A stretch of 64,000 nt of DNA. Source: Candidatus Latescibacterota bacterium. GTDB taxonomy: Bacteria > Latescibacterota > UBA2968. The notes beneath the pieces were generated by a model that searched no databases, was not told the origin of the DNA, and was given only the letters and a program-made list of their open reading frames with translations. Made by a program: the position numbers and the translations under genes. Location: the NCBI GenBank assembly GCA_965222605.1, contig OZ244960.1, forward strand, positions 5,408,001-5,472,000. The letters are read 5' to 3'. Positions 29,398-38,527 of the stretch are shown in pieces; positions within the stretch are counted from its first letter, which is position 1, and the number at the start of each line of letters is the position of its first letter.

Positions 29398-29454
29398 GTT
29401 GTGACAGTTTTATGATCAGCAAAGAAGAAAGGGAACGTCATCACTTTTCTTTGT

Positions 29455-30240
29455 TCACTTCTTTCGAGCGAGCCAAATCTGTTCACCTCCATACAGATAA
29501 GGACCCCGATGAAAGTTTCCATACAACGCCAGAATCTGATATCCACACAATTCTAGTAGATACTGCATTTCGTTCTTATAGATATGTCGTGTCGTACCGA
29601 CGTTATGAATCCTTGAAATTGTCTCGCCAGATTTGCTAATTTCTTCATAAGTATAATGCCATTCTGAAATTTGGGTCTCAAGATCACATTTTCGACTTCC
29701 CCAAAGTATAACACGATTTCCCGTCTCCGGATGATTCAACTCTTGTAGCTTTTTCAATGCTGTACCTCCACCAGATGCGGAGACAAGCTCATCCAAACTG
29801 GGATCACCATTATGTATTATCAGAAGTCCATTATCTAAAAGATGCTCATTGATGCACAAAAGGGACTTTCTTTGGTCTTCTGGTGTTAAGATATGGTGGA
29901 AAGCTCTGTAGGGAATCAAGATGGTGTTGAATCGGTTTTTCAGCGAAAAATCACGCATGTCGCCTGCAACGAGGTTTATACGCTCCTGAACTTCATTACT
30001 GAGCTTCGAGACATTTTCGTTCGCTAATTCAAGCATCTCAGAAGATGGCTCAAGCCCAAAAACATCTAAACCGGATTCAGCCATTGGGATCAGCACTCGC
30101 CCTGTCCCACATCCGAGTTCCAAAACTGGGCTTCCCGCATTCTGGACTTCTTGAATATAAAATTCTATATCATCTTTTGTTTTCAGTGCGTCTTCTCGAG
30201 CATCATAGAGTTTAGCTCTGATACCTCGATAACCTTCCAT
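29455..30240 (-). CDS. Class I SAM-dependent methyltransferase
   Basis: VLELGCGTGR, GDMRDF, IPYRAFHH; GGAGG RBS; AT-rich. Confidence 0.9.
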   Translation of the reverse strand: MEGYRGIRAKLYDAREDALKTKDDIEFYIQEVQNAGSPVLELGCGTGRVLIPMAESGLDVFGLEPSSEMLELANENVSKLSNEVQERINLVAGDMRDFSLKNRFNTILIPYRAFHHILTPEDQRKSLLCINEHLLDNGLLIIHNGDPSLDELVSASGGGTALKKLQELNHPETGNRVILWGSRKCDLETQISEWHYTYEEISKSGETISRIHNVGTTRHIYKNEMQYLLELCGYQILALYGNFHRGPYLYGGEQIWLARKK

Positions 30241-30434
30241 AAAACCTCCACAAAATCACACATCAAGTGAGTTGTATATGGTTGAAAATAAATATCTTAC
30301 AAGAATATTGCTTGATGCTAAATTGAAAACCAGCTATATTCTCTTACATCTCATTAGAGATGGACTGTTAGCGTTTTGTTTCATGATTGGCTTAAAAGTT
30401 CTCAACTATTTTAATGGGGGAGGTACGGGACACG

Positions 30435-30671
30435 ATGAAACAGACTATGGATGCCGTATATGAAAATGGAGTCTTCAAACCTTTGAAACCCCCTAAATTG
30501 TCTGAGGGTCAGCACGTTCGTATTGAAATAGAAACGCCTTTTGAAGAGAGTTTCGATGATCTTCTTGAACTGGCTGCAAAGGTCTATGAGGGACTCTCCG
30601 ATGACGACATCGACAGCATTGAGAAGATTGCACACGACCGTCGGGACTTTTTCGGAGATAGGACCCAATAA
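30435..30671 (+). CDS. DUF104 (AF2212-like) antitoxin
   Basis: DAVYENGVFKPL..LSEGQHVRI signature. Confidence 0.8.
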   Translation: MKQTMDAVYENGVFKPLKPPKLSEGQHVRIEIETPFEESFDDLLELAAKVYEGLSDDDIDSIEKIAHDRRDFFGDRTQ

Positions 30672-30734
30672 TGGCCTTACCCAAATAGGCCCGGGGTCGT
30701 CACCAACAATGAGAGACATTTTCAACGGATTCCC
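30671..30734 (+). pseudogene. VapC/PIN toxin remnant (start plus last motif only)
   Basis: TAATG-coupled start MALPK, immediately followed by VVTNNERHFQRIP, the VapC C-terminal TNN motif. Confidence 0.65.
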
Positions 30735-30751
30735 TTTTGGCCTTCCTCAAT

Positions 30752-31210
30752 TCATAGCCTCTTTTCAAAAAAAATCACATCGAACCCGGATATGTTCTGT
30801 CGTTCAATTTCACAATATCCGTTCTTTTCATATAGTTTGCGAGCCGCAATCTGCTGCACTGTTGTATCCAGGCAGAGTATTTTATACCCCAAATCATCTG
30901 CTCTCATCTCAAGTCTATTCAGAATCGTCTGACCAAATCCTCGTCTTTGAAAATCAGGATGAACGCGCATCCTTTTAATTTCTGCCTTGTCATCTAAAAT
31001 TCGTTGCAAGGCACCCATTGCAACCAATTTCTCTTCGCAGAATCCTGCTAAAAACTCGCCTTTGTCAGCTATATATGTCTCTTTAATAGCATGAAGGTCA
31101 TTGTCTTGAGTGCCGCTACCTGCATTCGCTCCAACCTGATCCAGTGCTAAGTTGTGTAGATTCCAGACTTCATTGTGGTCAGAAGCCTGATAACGACGAA
31201 TTTTCAACAT
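30752..31210 (-). CDS. GNAT acetyltransferase (module B, full copy)
   Basis: AEIKRMRVHPDFQRRGFG, LDTT..QIAARKLYEKNGY. Confidence 0.9.
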   Translation of the reverse strand: MLKIRRYQASDHNEVWNLHNLALDQVGANAGSGTQDNDLHAIKETYIADKGEFLAGFCEEKLVAMGALQRILDDKAEIKRMRVHPDFQRRGFGQTILNRLEMRADDLGYKILCLDTTVQQIAARKLYEKNGYCEIERQNISGFDVIFFEKRL

Positions 31211-31224
31211 GAATATTCCCTCTT

Positions 31225-31380
31225 TGTGACCTTTGTTGTCATCGGAGCAGTTGAGATAAAAGGCGAGGATCTTCCCGTCTTCATACTCGACGAGTGCGTG
31301 CCCGAGATTTCCGCTTCTTCCCGTCTGGGAGTGATCGACGAAGAGAATCCCATCGTTCGGCGGGTTTTTCGGGATGACAT
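31225..31380 (-). pseudogene. Fragment of a BNR/sialidase-like protein
   Basis: VIPKNPPNDGILFVDHSQTGRSGNLGHALVEYEDGKILAFY, wedged between two unrelated genes. Confidence 0.4.
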
Positions 31381-31946
31381 CAATCGGTAAGAAAGAACGT
31401 TCCCCTCTTTTTGAACCGAAAACTCTCATCGGGTACGACGAACGCCAGTTTATCACATAAAAAAGAGCCAGACGGAGCTGAATTTTGGAGCCTTGCACAA
31501 AGCTCAAGGCTCTCGTCTATGGATATGAACTCGGCGATGGTCATGTGCGGAGCTATGTTGCGCCTGTGATACGCTTCGCCGGAAAATGCCGATGTCCCGT
31601 GGAGGATCTGCTTTAAATTATCGATAGGCTCTTGTGGCCTTATAGGATACGAGACACCAGGGTGCCTGGTTGAGGCATGCGGCTTGTCGTAATAAAGAGT
31701 GAATGGCTGGACATCAGTAATGACGTTGTTGATTTCATTGATAAGATTAGGCGTCATTTCCCGGCTCAAGGGATCTGACAAAGATATGTGCGTCGGACAA
31801 GAGGCAGCTGAGCGGAGATCATACTTTGCTCGCAAGAGGTCGATCTCCTGCGATACCTCTGAAGGGGGCATGATAAGGATGAGGCCAAATCGGTAGTCGC
31901 GTTGCCAATCTTCCCACTTCGATGTGTCTTTTACGTATGGAATCAT
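31380..31946 (-). CDS. 2H phosphoesterase / 2'-5' RNA ligase family
   Basis: Two HxS/T motifs: THISL and PHMTI. Confidence 0.8.
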   Translation of the reverse strand: MIPYVKDTSKWEDWQRDYRFGLILIMPPSEVSQEIDLLRAKYDLRSAASCPTHISLSDPLSREMTPNLINEINNVITDVQPFTLYYDKPHASTRHPGVSYPIRPQEPIDNLKQILHGTSAFSGEAYHRRNIAPHMTIAEFISIDESLELCARLQNSAPSGSFLCDKLAFVVPDESFRFKKRGTFFLTD

Positions 31947-31994
31947 GATGAACTCTCACGAGGTGTCAGACAGGTTCTATTGAGGTTATGCGTC

Positions 31995-33242
31995 TCAGGC
32001 TTTTGATGTTTGTAGGGCTTCACACGCTTGTTTCCAGACAAGGTGTTCTGCCATCATCTTCTCAACTTTTTCAGGGGTGGTGGCGCGCAGATCGCGTTGT
32101 TCTTCGGGATCAGTACTCAGATCGAACAGGCCGTCTGGTTTGCCGTCTGTGGCGTGGAGTTTTAGATTTCCCTCACGGACCGCGTCCTCTGTTCTATACG
32201 TCCAGTGCATGGGGCGGTCCAGGCACTGCTCTTTGCCTTCGAAAAGAGGCCACACGTTTTGGGCGTCAATGACGCGATCGTCGGGCACAGTTGCACCGGC
32301 GAGAGCGGCGAATGTCGCGTAGAGATCATAGTGTATCCAGGGCGTGTTGATTTTTGTATTTGGAGCGATTGTTCCCGACCAGACCGCGTTGCAGATGACC
32401 CTGAGCGAACGCTCCCAGAGGGTTCGACCATAACCATTGGTCCGGCTGCCTCCCTGATCGCTCAGGAATACGATGAGCGTATTTTCCGCAATACCGGCAT
32501 GGTGTACCGCATCCAGCACGCGCCCCACGCACAGGTCCAGGTATTCGACCATATATTGGTAGTTTACCATTGGATCGTCGCTGTGATAGTATCCGGGCGG
32601 GGCCTGATAGGGACCGTGTGGGGCATAAAAGGCGAGATTCAGGTAGAAGGGCTCGGGCTTTTGGGATTGACGGTTGATAAATTTGATGGCTTCATCCGTA
32701 AACAGGGTGTCGAAGTAGCCCTCGTGCGCTATGGGTTCCAGACCGCGAAAAAAGTGGCTCTTCATGTCGCGGTTGTAAAGGTGGGTGTAGTAGTCGGCAT
32801 GGCCAGCGTTGCTCCCGTAAAATTCATGAAAGCCGTGGTGTAGCGGGTTGAATGTTGCAGCATATCCCAGGTTCCATTTTCCAAACAGCCCTGTTGTGTA
32901 TCCGGCATTTCGCAAAAGTCTGGCTATAGAGACTTCCTCGAGCGAGAGTCCGGATTCCGGATTATCTGGACGGGTCTGTGAGTTGATGCCAACCCGATAC
33001 GGATGCCTGCCTGTGTTCCAGGCGCAACGCGCTGGTGAACACAGAGGGGTTGCGATCAGGCAGTTGTCGAAGACAACCCCTTCGCTCGCCATTGTGTTCA
33101 ATCTGGGAGTTTCGAATATCCCTTCGCCATAATAATCGACTGCTTCGCAACCGAGGTTGTCGGCGACCATGAAGATGATATTGGGATTGTTTTCCATCAA
33201 CACTTTCCCGGGATGAACAGGAGCCAATTTCTGAGCACACAT
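31995..33242 (-). CDS. Sulfatase carrying a fused HigA-like N-terminal fragment
   Basis: MCAQKLAPVHPGKVLME, then NPNIIFMVADNLG, CSPAR, GKWNLG, YAPH, SDQG. Confidence 0.8.
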   Translation of the reverse strand: MCAQKLAPVHPGKVLMENNPNIIFMVADNLGCEAVDYYGEGIFETPRLNTMASEGVVFDNCLIATPLCSPARCAWNTGRHPYRVGINSQTRPDNPESGLSLEEVSIARLLRNAGYTTGLFGKWNLGYAATFNPLHHGFHEFYGSNAGHADYYTHLYNRDMKSHFFRGLEPIAHEGYFDTLFTDEAIKFINRQSQKPEPFYLNLAFYAPHGPYQAPPGYYHSDDPMVNYQYMVEYLDLCVGRVLDAVHHAGIAENTLIVFLSDQGGSRTNGYGRTLWERSLRVICNAVWSGTIAPNTKINTPWIHYDLYATFAALAGATVPDDRVIDAQNVWPLFEGKEQCLDRPMHWTYRTEDAVREGNLKLHATDGKPDGLFDLSTDPEEQRDLRATTPEKVEKMMAEHLVWKQACEALQTSKA

Positions 33243-33443
33243 AGGTCTATTTCCTTTTAGAGTGCGTATGTCGTGTCGATCCACGAGTGAAGGATGTTGG
33301 TCTTGTGCTGTTCATACGCATGCGATGCCTGTATCGGCAGGGATGGTGCTTAACGTTCCTATTTTTTTGACAATTCGGCTTGCGAGACGTATTTTCGGCC
33401 ATAGACCTTGCTCTGCTTTTAACCGCCCAACCGAGGAGAAATC

Positions 33444-35060
33444 ATGTTGCGAGTCAGCGACCCCGACCTGATCGCCCACTGGCCGTTCCGGGAAAATCTG
33501 AAAGACCATTCCGAAAGTGGCCTGTCCATCCAAAATCACGGCGTTGAAATTGGGGAATCAGGCGGACAAAAAAGCGCCCAATTCAACGGGGCGGAAACCT
33601 TTCTGGAAGTTCCCTGCAACCTGTCTATAGGGACAGGCGATTTTTCATGCGCCGGATGGATCCACACGGAAGAAACCGAAGTGGTCGGCGACATCCTCAG
33701 CCAATTCGATCCGAAAACCCGCCAGGGGTGGCAGATCTCGGTCCTCACCCATACCGGAATGACCTCCACCGCCCAATCGAATTACCGCAACCTCCACTTC
33801 GGCATCGACAACGGGCATCTCGGGTCCTGGACCGATTGCGGCCGTCCCGGTCAGGCAGTCAAAATATCTGCACTTTCAACACTGGGGGGACACCTGTACG
33901 CCGGCACCTTCGAGAACGGCAAAGAAGAGGTCGGCCACCTGTGGCGCTACGAAGGGGAAAAACGCTGGACCGACCTGGGCAATCCAGTCGGATGCAACAC
34001 TGTCAACGCCGTCGTCGAATTTAAAGGCGCGCTCTACTGCGCCCTCGGCCGGTATAATTGCAACGGCTCCGCCCTGGGCGATCCCCTGAACACCACACCC
34101 GGCGGCCAGGTCTATCGAGTCGATGCCGACGGCCAATGGACCTTCTGCGGGCATCCAGGCATCGAAGACGCCACACCCGAAGAGACACCTACCACGGGAC
34201 ATGACACGGGCAAAGCCGACAACGCCACCGCCCTCACAGTCTACCAGGGTCGGCTCTACGCCACCAGCCTCTATCGCGAGGGCGCCTTTGTCTATGATGG
34301 CGGCACCACCTGGACGCCCATAGGTCCAGACGTGCGGCTGATGAGTTTCACCATCTATCGGGACCGGCTCTACACCCTCGTCAACGGCGGCCCGGTTCTT
34401 CGCTACGAAGGCAGCACCGAATGGACCGACTGCGGCTGTCCCGAAACCTCCACCCAGACCTACTCGGCGGTCACTTTCAAGGGCCAGCTCTATGTCGGCA
34501 CCTGGCCTCAGGGCGAAGTCTATCGATATGACGGCGACACGACCTGGACCTGTCTGGGCCGGGCCGGGTACGAACGCGAAATCATGGCCATGGGACTTTA
34601 CAACGGCAAAGTCTATATCGGCTCGCTCCCAATGGCCAACGTCTGGCGGATGGACGGCAATCAGTTCACATTCCTGGAGTCTCTGGACCGCACGCCCGCG
34701 CCCCTGCGGCGGGTCTGGTCCATGGCCGTTTATCAGGGCCGCCTCTATGCCGGCACCCTGCCGTCCGGACATGTCTATTCAGTCGAAGCCGGCAAAGTCG
34801 CCACCTGGGACCACACATTTCCCGAAGGATGGCGACACGTAGCCGCAGTCAAGCAAGGCGGCGTTCTGACCCTGTACGTCGATGGAACCCCTGTCGCTAC
34901 AACAGACAGCTTCAATCCAAAACGCTACGACCTCAACCCCAACTGTCCCCTCTTAATCGGCTTTGGTGCCCACGACTATTTCAAAGGTGCCCTGCGAGAC
35001 ATCCGTATCTATCGCCGGGGCCTCACACAACAGGAAATCCAAAACCTTGCCAGGGACTGA
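33444..35060 (+). CDS. LamG/ConA-like domain protein with inserted beta-propeller
   Basis: LIAHWPF, GDFSCAGWI, WRHVAAVK..LYVDG, GALRDIRIY; repeated LYAGT/YDG..W units. Confidence 0.8.
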   Translation: MLRVSDPDLIAHWPFRENLKDHSESGLSIQNHGVEIGESGGQKSAQFNGAETFLEVPCNLSIGTGDFSCAGWIHTEETEVVGDILSQFDPKTRQGWQISVLTHTGMTSTAQSNYRNLHFGIDNGHLGSWTDCGRPGQAVKISALSTLGGHLYAGTFENGKEEVGHLWRYEGEKRWTDLGNPVGCNTVNAVVEFKGALYCALGRYNCNGSALGDPLNTTPGGQVYRVDADGQWTFCGHPGIEDATPEETPTTGHDTGKADNATALTVYQGRLYATSLYREGAFVYDGGTTWTPIGPDVRLMSFTIYRDRLYTLVNGGPVLRYEGSTEWTDCGCPETSTQTYSAVTFKGQLYVGTWPQGEVYRYDGDTTWTCLGRAGYEREIMAMGLYNGKVYIGSLPMANVWRMDGNQFTFLESLDRTPAPLRRVWSMAVYQGRLYAGTLPSGHVYSVEAGKVATWDHTFPEGWRHVAAVKQGGVLTLYVDGTPVATTDSFNPKRYDLNPNCPLLIGFGAHDYFKGALRDIRIYRRGLTQQEIQNLARD

Positions 35061-35089
35061 CCTGGACCTCTATGGGTGTCAGACAGGTT

Positions 35090-36505
35090 CTAAGGCTCGG
35101 GGTGGCTCGCATAGGCCAGTTCGCGCAGTACATCGACCGCGAGGAGAACATCCTCCCTGCGGCAGTCGAATTGCCCGACCTGGAAGCGAATGACGAACTG
35201 TCCTTCATGGATCGTCTGCGTCAGGTAGATTCGGCCGTCATCATTGACCGCGCGGAGCAGGCGTTCGGTGGCGTCGTTGGCGTTCTCACCGTCGGGGGCG
35301 TACTGGAACGTGAAGAGCGAAAGATGGCAGTCCGTTGTCAGGCGAAAGCCGTCCAGCAATGTGATCGCGGCGGCGGCCTCCTCAGCCCAGGCAATATGGT
35401 TCCGGATGCGTTGTCGGAGGTCTTTGAGACCGTGGGCACGGAGCAGGAACCAGAGCTTGAGGGCTCGGAATCGGCGCCCCAGGGGGATCGTCCACTCGCT
35501 GTAATTGGTGATCTCGGTTTGGCCGAGGGTCTGGAGGTAATCCGGACGGATACCGAGGGTGCGAACCTGTGCTTCCGGGTCCGCAAGAAACTGGATCGAG
35601 CAGTCGAACTGCGCACCGAGCCACTTGTGGGGATTGAAGGCGATGCTGTCAGTTCCCTCGACACCCTCCCACAACTCCCGTAGCTCAGGACAGATCATCG
35701 CGGAACCGGCCCACGCGGCGTCGATGTGGACGTAGAGATCATGCTCTCGTGCCACTTCGATGGTCTGGTGCACATGGTCGGACGCACCAATTGACGTGCC
35801 TCCAACACAGAGGACGACACCGGCCGGAAGAAAACCCGCGGCACGATCAGCGTTGATCGCCCGGCGGAGCGCCTCCGGGTCAAGTGCCCAGGAACCATCA
35901 GTCGGGACTTTGACCAGATTCCGTTGGCCGATACCGGCGATGCGAATCGCCTTGTCAACCGACGAGTGGGTCTCCGGCGAGGCGTAGATCCGGAGTTGTT
36001 TCTCTCCCGCTATTCCAGAATCGATTCCTCGCCAGCCGAGTGTGCGCTCGCGCATCGTTAGTACAGCACAGACATTTGCCGACGTTGCCGTATCCTGGAT
36101 AACCCCCTGGAATCCTTCTGGTAGCCCGAGTGCCTGGCGCATCCAGTCGACCATCCGAGTCTCAATTTCCGTAGCTGCGGGTGAGGTCTGCCAGAGCATG
36201 CACTGGGCCGCCATGACCGCCGTCAAATTCTCGGCGATCATCGAAGCCGGCGCAGCGTTGGCGCTGAAGTACGCAAAAAAGCACCGGTGTTGCCAATGCG
36301 TCATGCCGTCCGGCACAATGCGCTCGAAGTCGGCGAAGATCGTCTCCATGCCTACCGGTTCTTCTGGTGGCGATAGAGGCAGCATCGCAGCGATCTCGCC
36401 CGGTGCGGTCTGCGCCCGAACGGGCCGCTCTTCAAGCGTGGCCAGGTATTCGGATCCCCACCGTGCAGCTCGTTCAGCCCATTGAAAGTAGTCTTCTCGT
36501 TTCAA
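35090..36505 (-). CDS. PLP-dependent group II (aromatic-L-amino-acid-type) decarboxylase
   Basis: PDGMTHWQH, TSPAATE, HSSVDKA, HIDAAWAG, NPHKW PLP lysine, LGRRFRALKLW. Confidence 0.92.
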   Translation of the reverse strand: MKREDYFQWAERAARWGSEYLATLEERPVRAQTAPGEIAAMLPLSPPEEPVGMETIFADFERIVPDGMTHWQHRCFFAYFSANAAPASMIAENLTAVMAAQCMLWQTSPAATEIETRMVDWMRQALGLPEGFQGVIQDTATSANVCAVLTMRERTLGWRGIDSGIAGEKQLRIYASPETHSSVDKAIRIAGIGQRNLVKVPTDGSWALDPEALRRAINADRAAGFLPAGVVLCVGGTSIGASDHVHQTIEVAREHDLYVHIDAAWAGSAMICPELRELWEGVEGTDSIAFNPHKWLGAQFDCSIQFLADPEAQVRTLGIRPDYLQTLGQTEITNYSEWTIPLGRRFRALKLWFLLRAHGLKDLRQRIRNHIAWAEEAAAAITLLDGFRLTTDCHLSLFTFQYAPDGENANDATERLLRAVNDDGRIYLTQTIHEGQFVIRFQVGQFDCRREDVLLAVDVLRELAYASHPEP

Positions 36506-36568
36506 TTTAAGGTTTTTTCAATTTAAGGTTTTGGGGCATCGCGTCCGGTTTTTTAGAAATCCAGTTCT

Positions 36569-37546
36569 TCAAAGGTAGTCGCTGATGTCCATTTCTGGAT
36601 ACGCGTTTTTTATCAGTTCAACGGAGATGGGGGTGTACATTGCGTCACCGGGTTTTGGCCAGCCGAAGAGACTTCGAACCCTTGATGTCGTTTTTGCCAA
36701 AAAGGGTTTCAAGCGCCGACTCACTCCAGCTTCCCTTTTTGCTGTCGATGTCCATGCCATGGTGTCTCTGCGTCCTATCGAGAAGAAAATAACCGCACGC
36801 TGTCTGTCCTTGTCTGCAAAAGGTTGTGCTGCGTGTGGCGTGTGTGAACTATAGAATAGAACGCTGCCAGCTTTCCCAGTGATTGAGACGGGTTCCTGCG
36901 CGTGAAGAATTTTGCGGATATCGGCAAAGCGGTAAGAGTGAGGCACCTTGCGGATGTCGCCAAAGCCCAAGCCGTGGTCCTCAATCACGCGCAAGATATC
37001 GCCCATTTTGTCGTGTACTCTTGGGACCAACCGAACAGGCGCACAATCTTCATCAATATCGTCCAGAAAGACCCAGGCCTGAATATGACCATACCGCTGC
37101 CAATCTGGGTGAGGAGGAATAAAGGGTTTGGCCCAATCCAGGTGAAACTCGGTTTCTGGCTTCGTTGGGGTCCGTCTATCTATTCTGCCGTTTCGGACAT
37201 AGACGTAACCATGGTGGTAGTGTATATCAGGCGTATCCAGAACCTGTTCCAGAGCATCCAGAAAAGGATCGTGTTCCAGGATCTGGTCAATGGATTCTAC
37301 ACCTGTTGGAATGTCACCGAACTGCGATCTGGGGCCGCCAAACCCGAGACCTCCTCCGGGTAGGCGCAGCTTCTCCTCAAGGTCAGGATTGGCCTTCATT
37401 TCGGCAATGAACTCGGGAAAAGACTTTCCATAAGCGTTTTCTTCCACGGCCTCAAGCACCGCTGACAATTGGCTGGTCGAGAACAGATCCGGGACTAAGA
37501 GATAGCCCTCTTGTTGAAAAAATTCATACTGTTGTGGCGTCAGCAT
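36569..37546 (-). CDS. Phytanoyl-CoA dioxygenase (PhyH) family
   Basis: MLTPQQYEFFQQEGYL, FHLD, VFLDDI, GKAGSVLFY, H distal. Confidence 0.85.
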   Translation of the reverse strand: MLTPQQYEFFQQEGYLLVPDLFSTSQLSAVLEAVEENAYGKSFPEFIAEMKANPDLEEKLRLPGGGLGFGGPRSQFGDIPTGVESIDQILEHDPFLDALEQVLDTPDIHYHHGYVYVRNGRIDRRTPTKPETEFHLDWAKPFIPPHPDWQRYGHIQAWVFLDDIDEDCAPVRLVPRVHDKMGDILRVIEDHGLGFGDIRKVPHSYRFADIRKILHAQEPVSITGKAGSVLFYSSHTPHAAQPFADKDRQRAVIFFSIGRRDTMAWTSTAKREAGVSRRLKPFLAKTTSRVRSLFGWPKPGDAMYTPISVELIKNAYPEMDISDYL

Positions 37547-37580
37547 TTTCGATCTCCTTTCATAAAATGAGCTATATCGC

Positions 37581-38075
37581 CTAAATTTCATCGTCATCCA
37601 GAGTGCGCTGTCCTTCAAACGGTCCCCATTGAATACGCTCTCTGGTTTTTTTATCACTCTTGTAAATCTCCGGATCATAATCCGGGTTTACCTTCGGAAA
37701 TCGAGCCCCGACCTGTTCAAAATAGCCCATCATCTCATCGTAGAGTTTCTGGTGTGTTTCCGGATTCTGCTTTGCAATATTGGTAACCTCGCCAATGTCG
37801 CCAGAAAGGTCGAACAACATCGGAATATTCGGTCGTTCGTAAAAATGGATCACCTTGGACGAACCAGAAATAATGACCGAATGTGGCACAGATCTCCGAT
37901 AATGAGGATAATGAAAATAAAGATAGCGATTCAGAAAGCCCCTGTTAGGCTCTTTTCCAGCCATGTAATCCGCGAGGCTGACACCGTCAATGTTCTGCAA
38001 TTCTTCCGAGTCGCCACCAGCCCAATCAACGAAGGTGGGTAAGAAATCATAGTTGATCACATTGCCGGTAAAAAC
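37581..38075 (-). pseudogene. Sulfatase C-terminal fragment
   Basis: [30 protein letters not shown]; no N-terminal catalytic region. Confidence 0.75.
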
Positions 38076-38299
38076 TGAGCTCGGTTTATCAAAATCCACA
38101 TCCTGCCACTTATTTTTATAGTGCGGATAAATATCGACGCCGATGCGATAGACATCGTCCAGTGCCACCTCGGGATAGTCCTCCAGCTTGATAATGGAAG
38201 GAAAGGGATGACAGGCTCAGCACATTGTAGCGATAGCGCGCCAGGTCATCGAGATAGGCTTTCCAGAAATCAAAATCCCAGACCGTTTCAATATTGTTC

Positions 38300-38468
38300 T
38301 GCGCCGAATCTCCCGCCCCGCCTCTTTTAATGCCTCGTTTAGTTCCTGCGCCGCGAACACCAACTGCGGGATCTTTGCATCATATTCGACCGAAGCCGCG
38401 AGACGACCCGGTAAAAGAATGCCCAAAACGAGTAACCAATAGAGAAATGAACGAGGTCTCTTTTTCAT
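38300..38468 (-). pseudogene. N-terminal fragment of a secreted protein
   Basis: GAGG RBS and signal peptide MKKRPRSFLYWLLVLGILLPG, then PQLVFAAQELNEAL, then breaks off. Confidence 0.45.
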
Positions 38469-38527
38469 TGTCTTAATCCTCTAATTTCAACGGATACAAC
38501 TCCAGGATCCCCTCATTAAAATAGACA

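Noticed and set aside
33876-35683. Long alternative ORFs (33876-34772, 34829-35683; likewise 27000-27788 and 50667-51560)
   Set aside because: Antisense shadows of GC-rich genes that have clear family motifs; they show no motifs or RBS of their own.
36501-36532. 16-bp tandem repeat TTCAATTTAAGGTTTT at the decarboxylase start
   Set aside because: Real, but only two units; most simply a junction duplication with no evidence of function.
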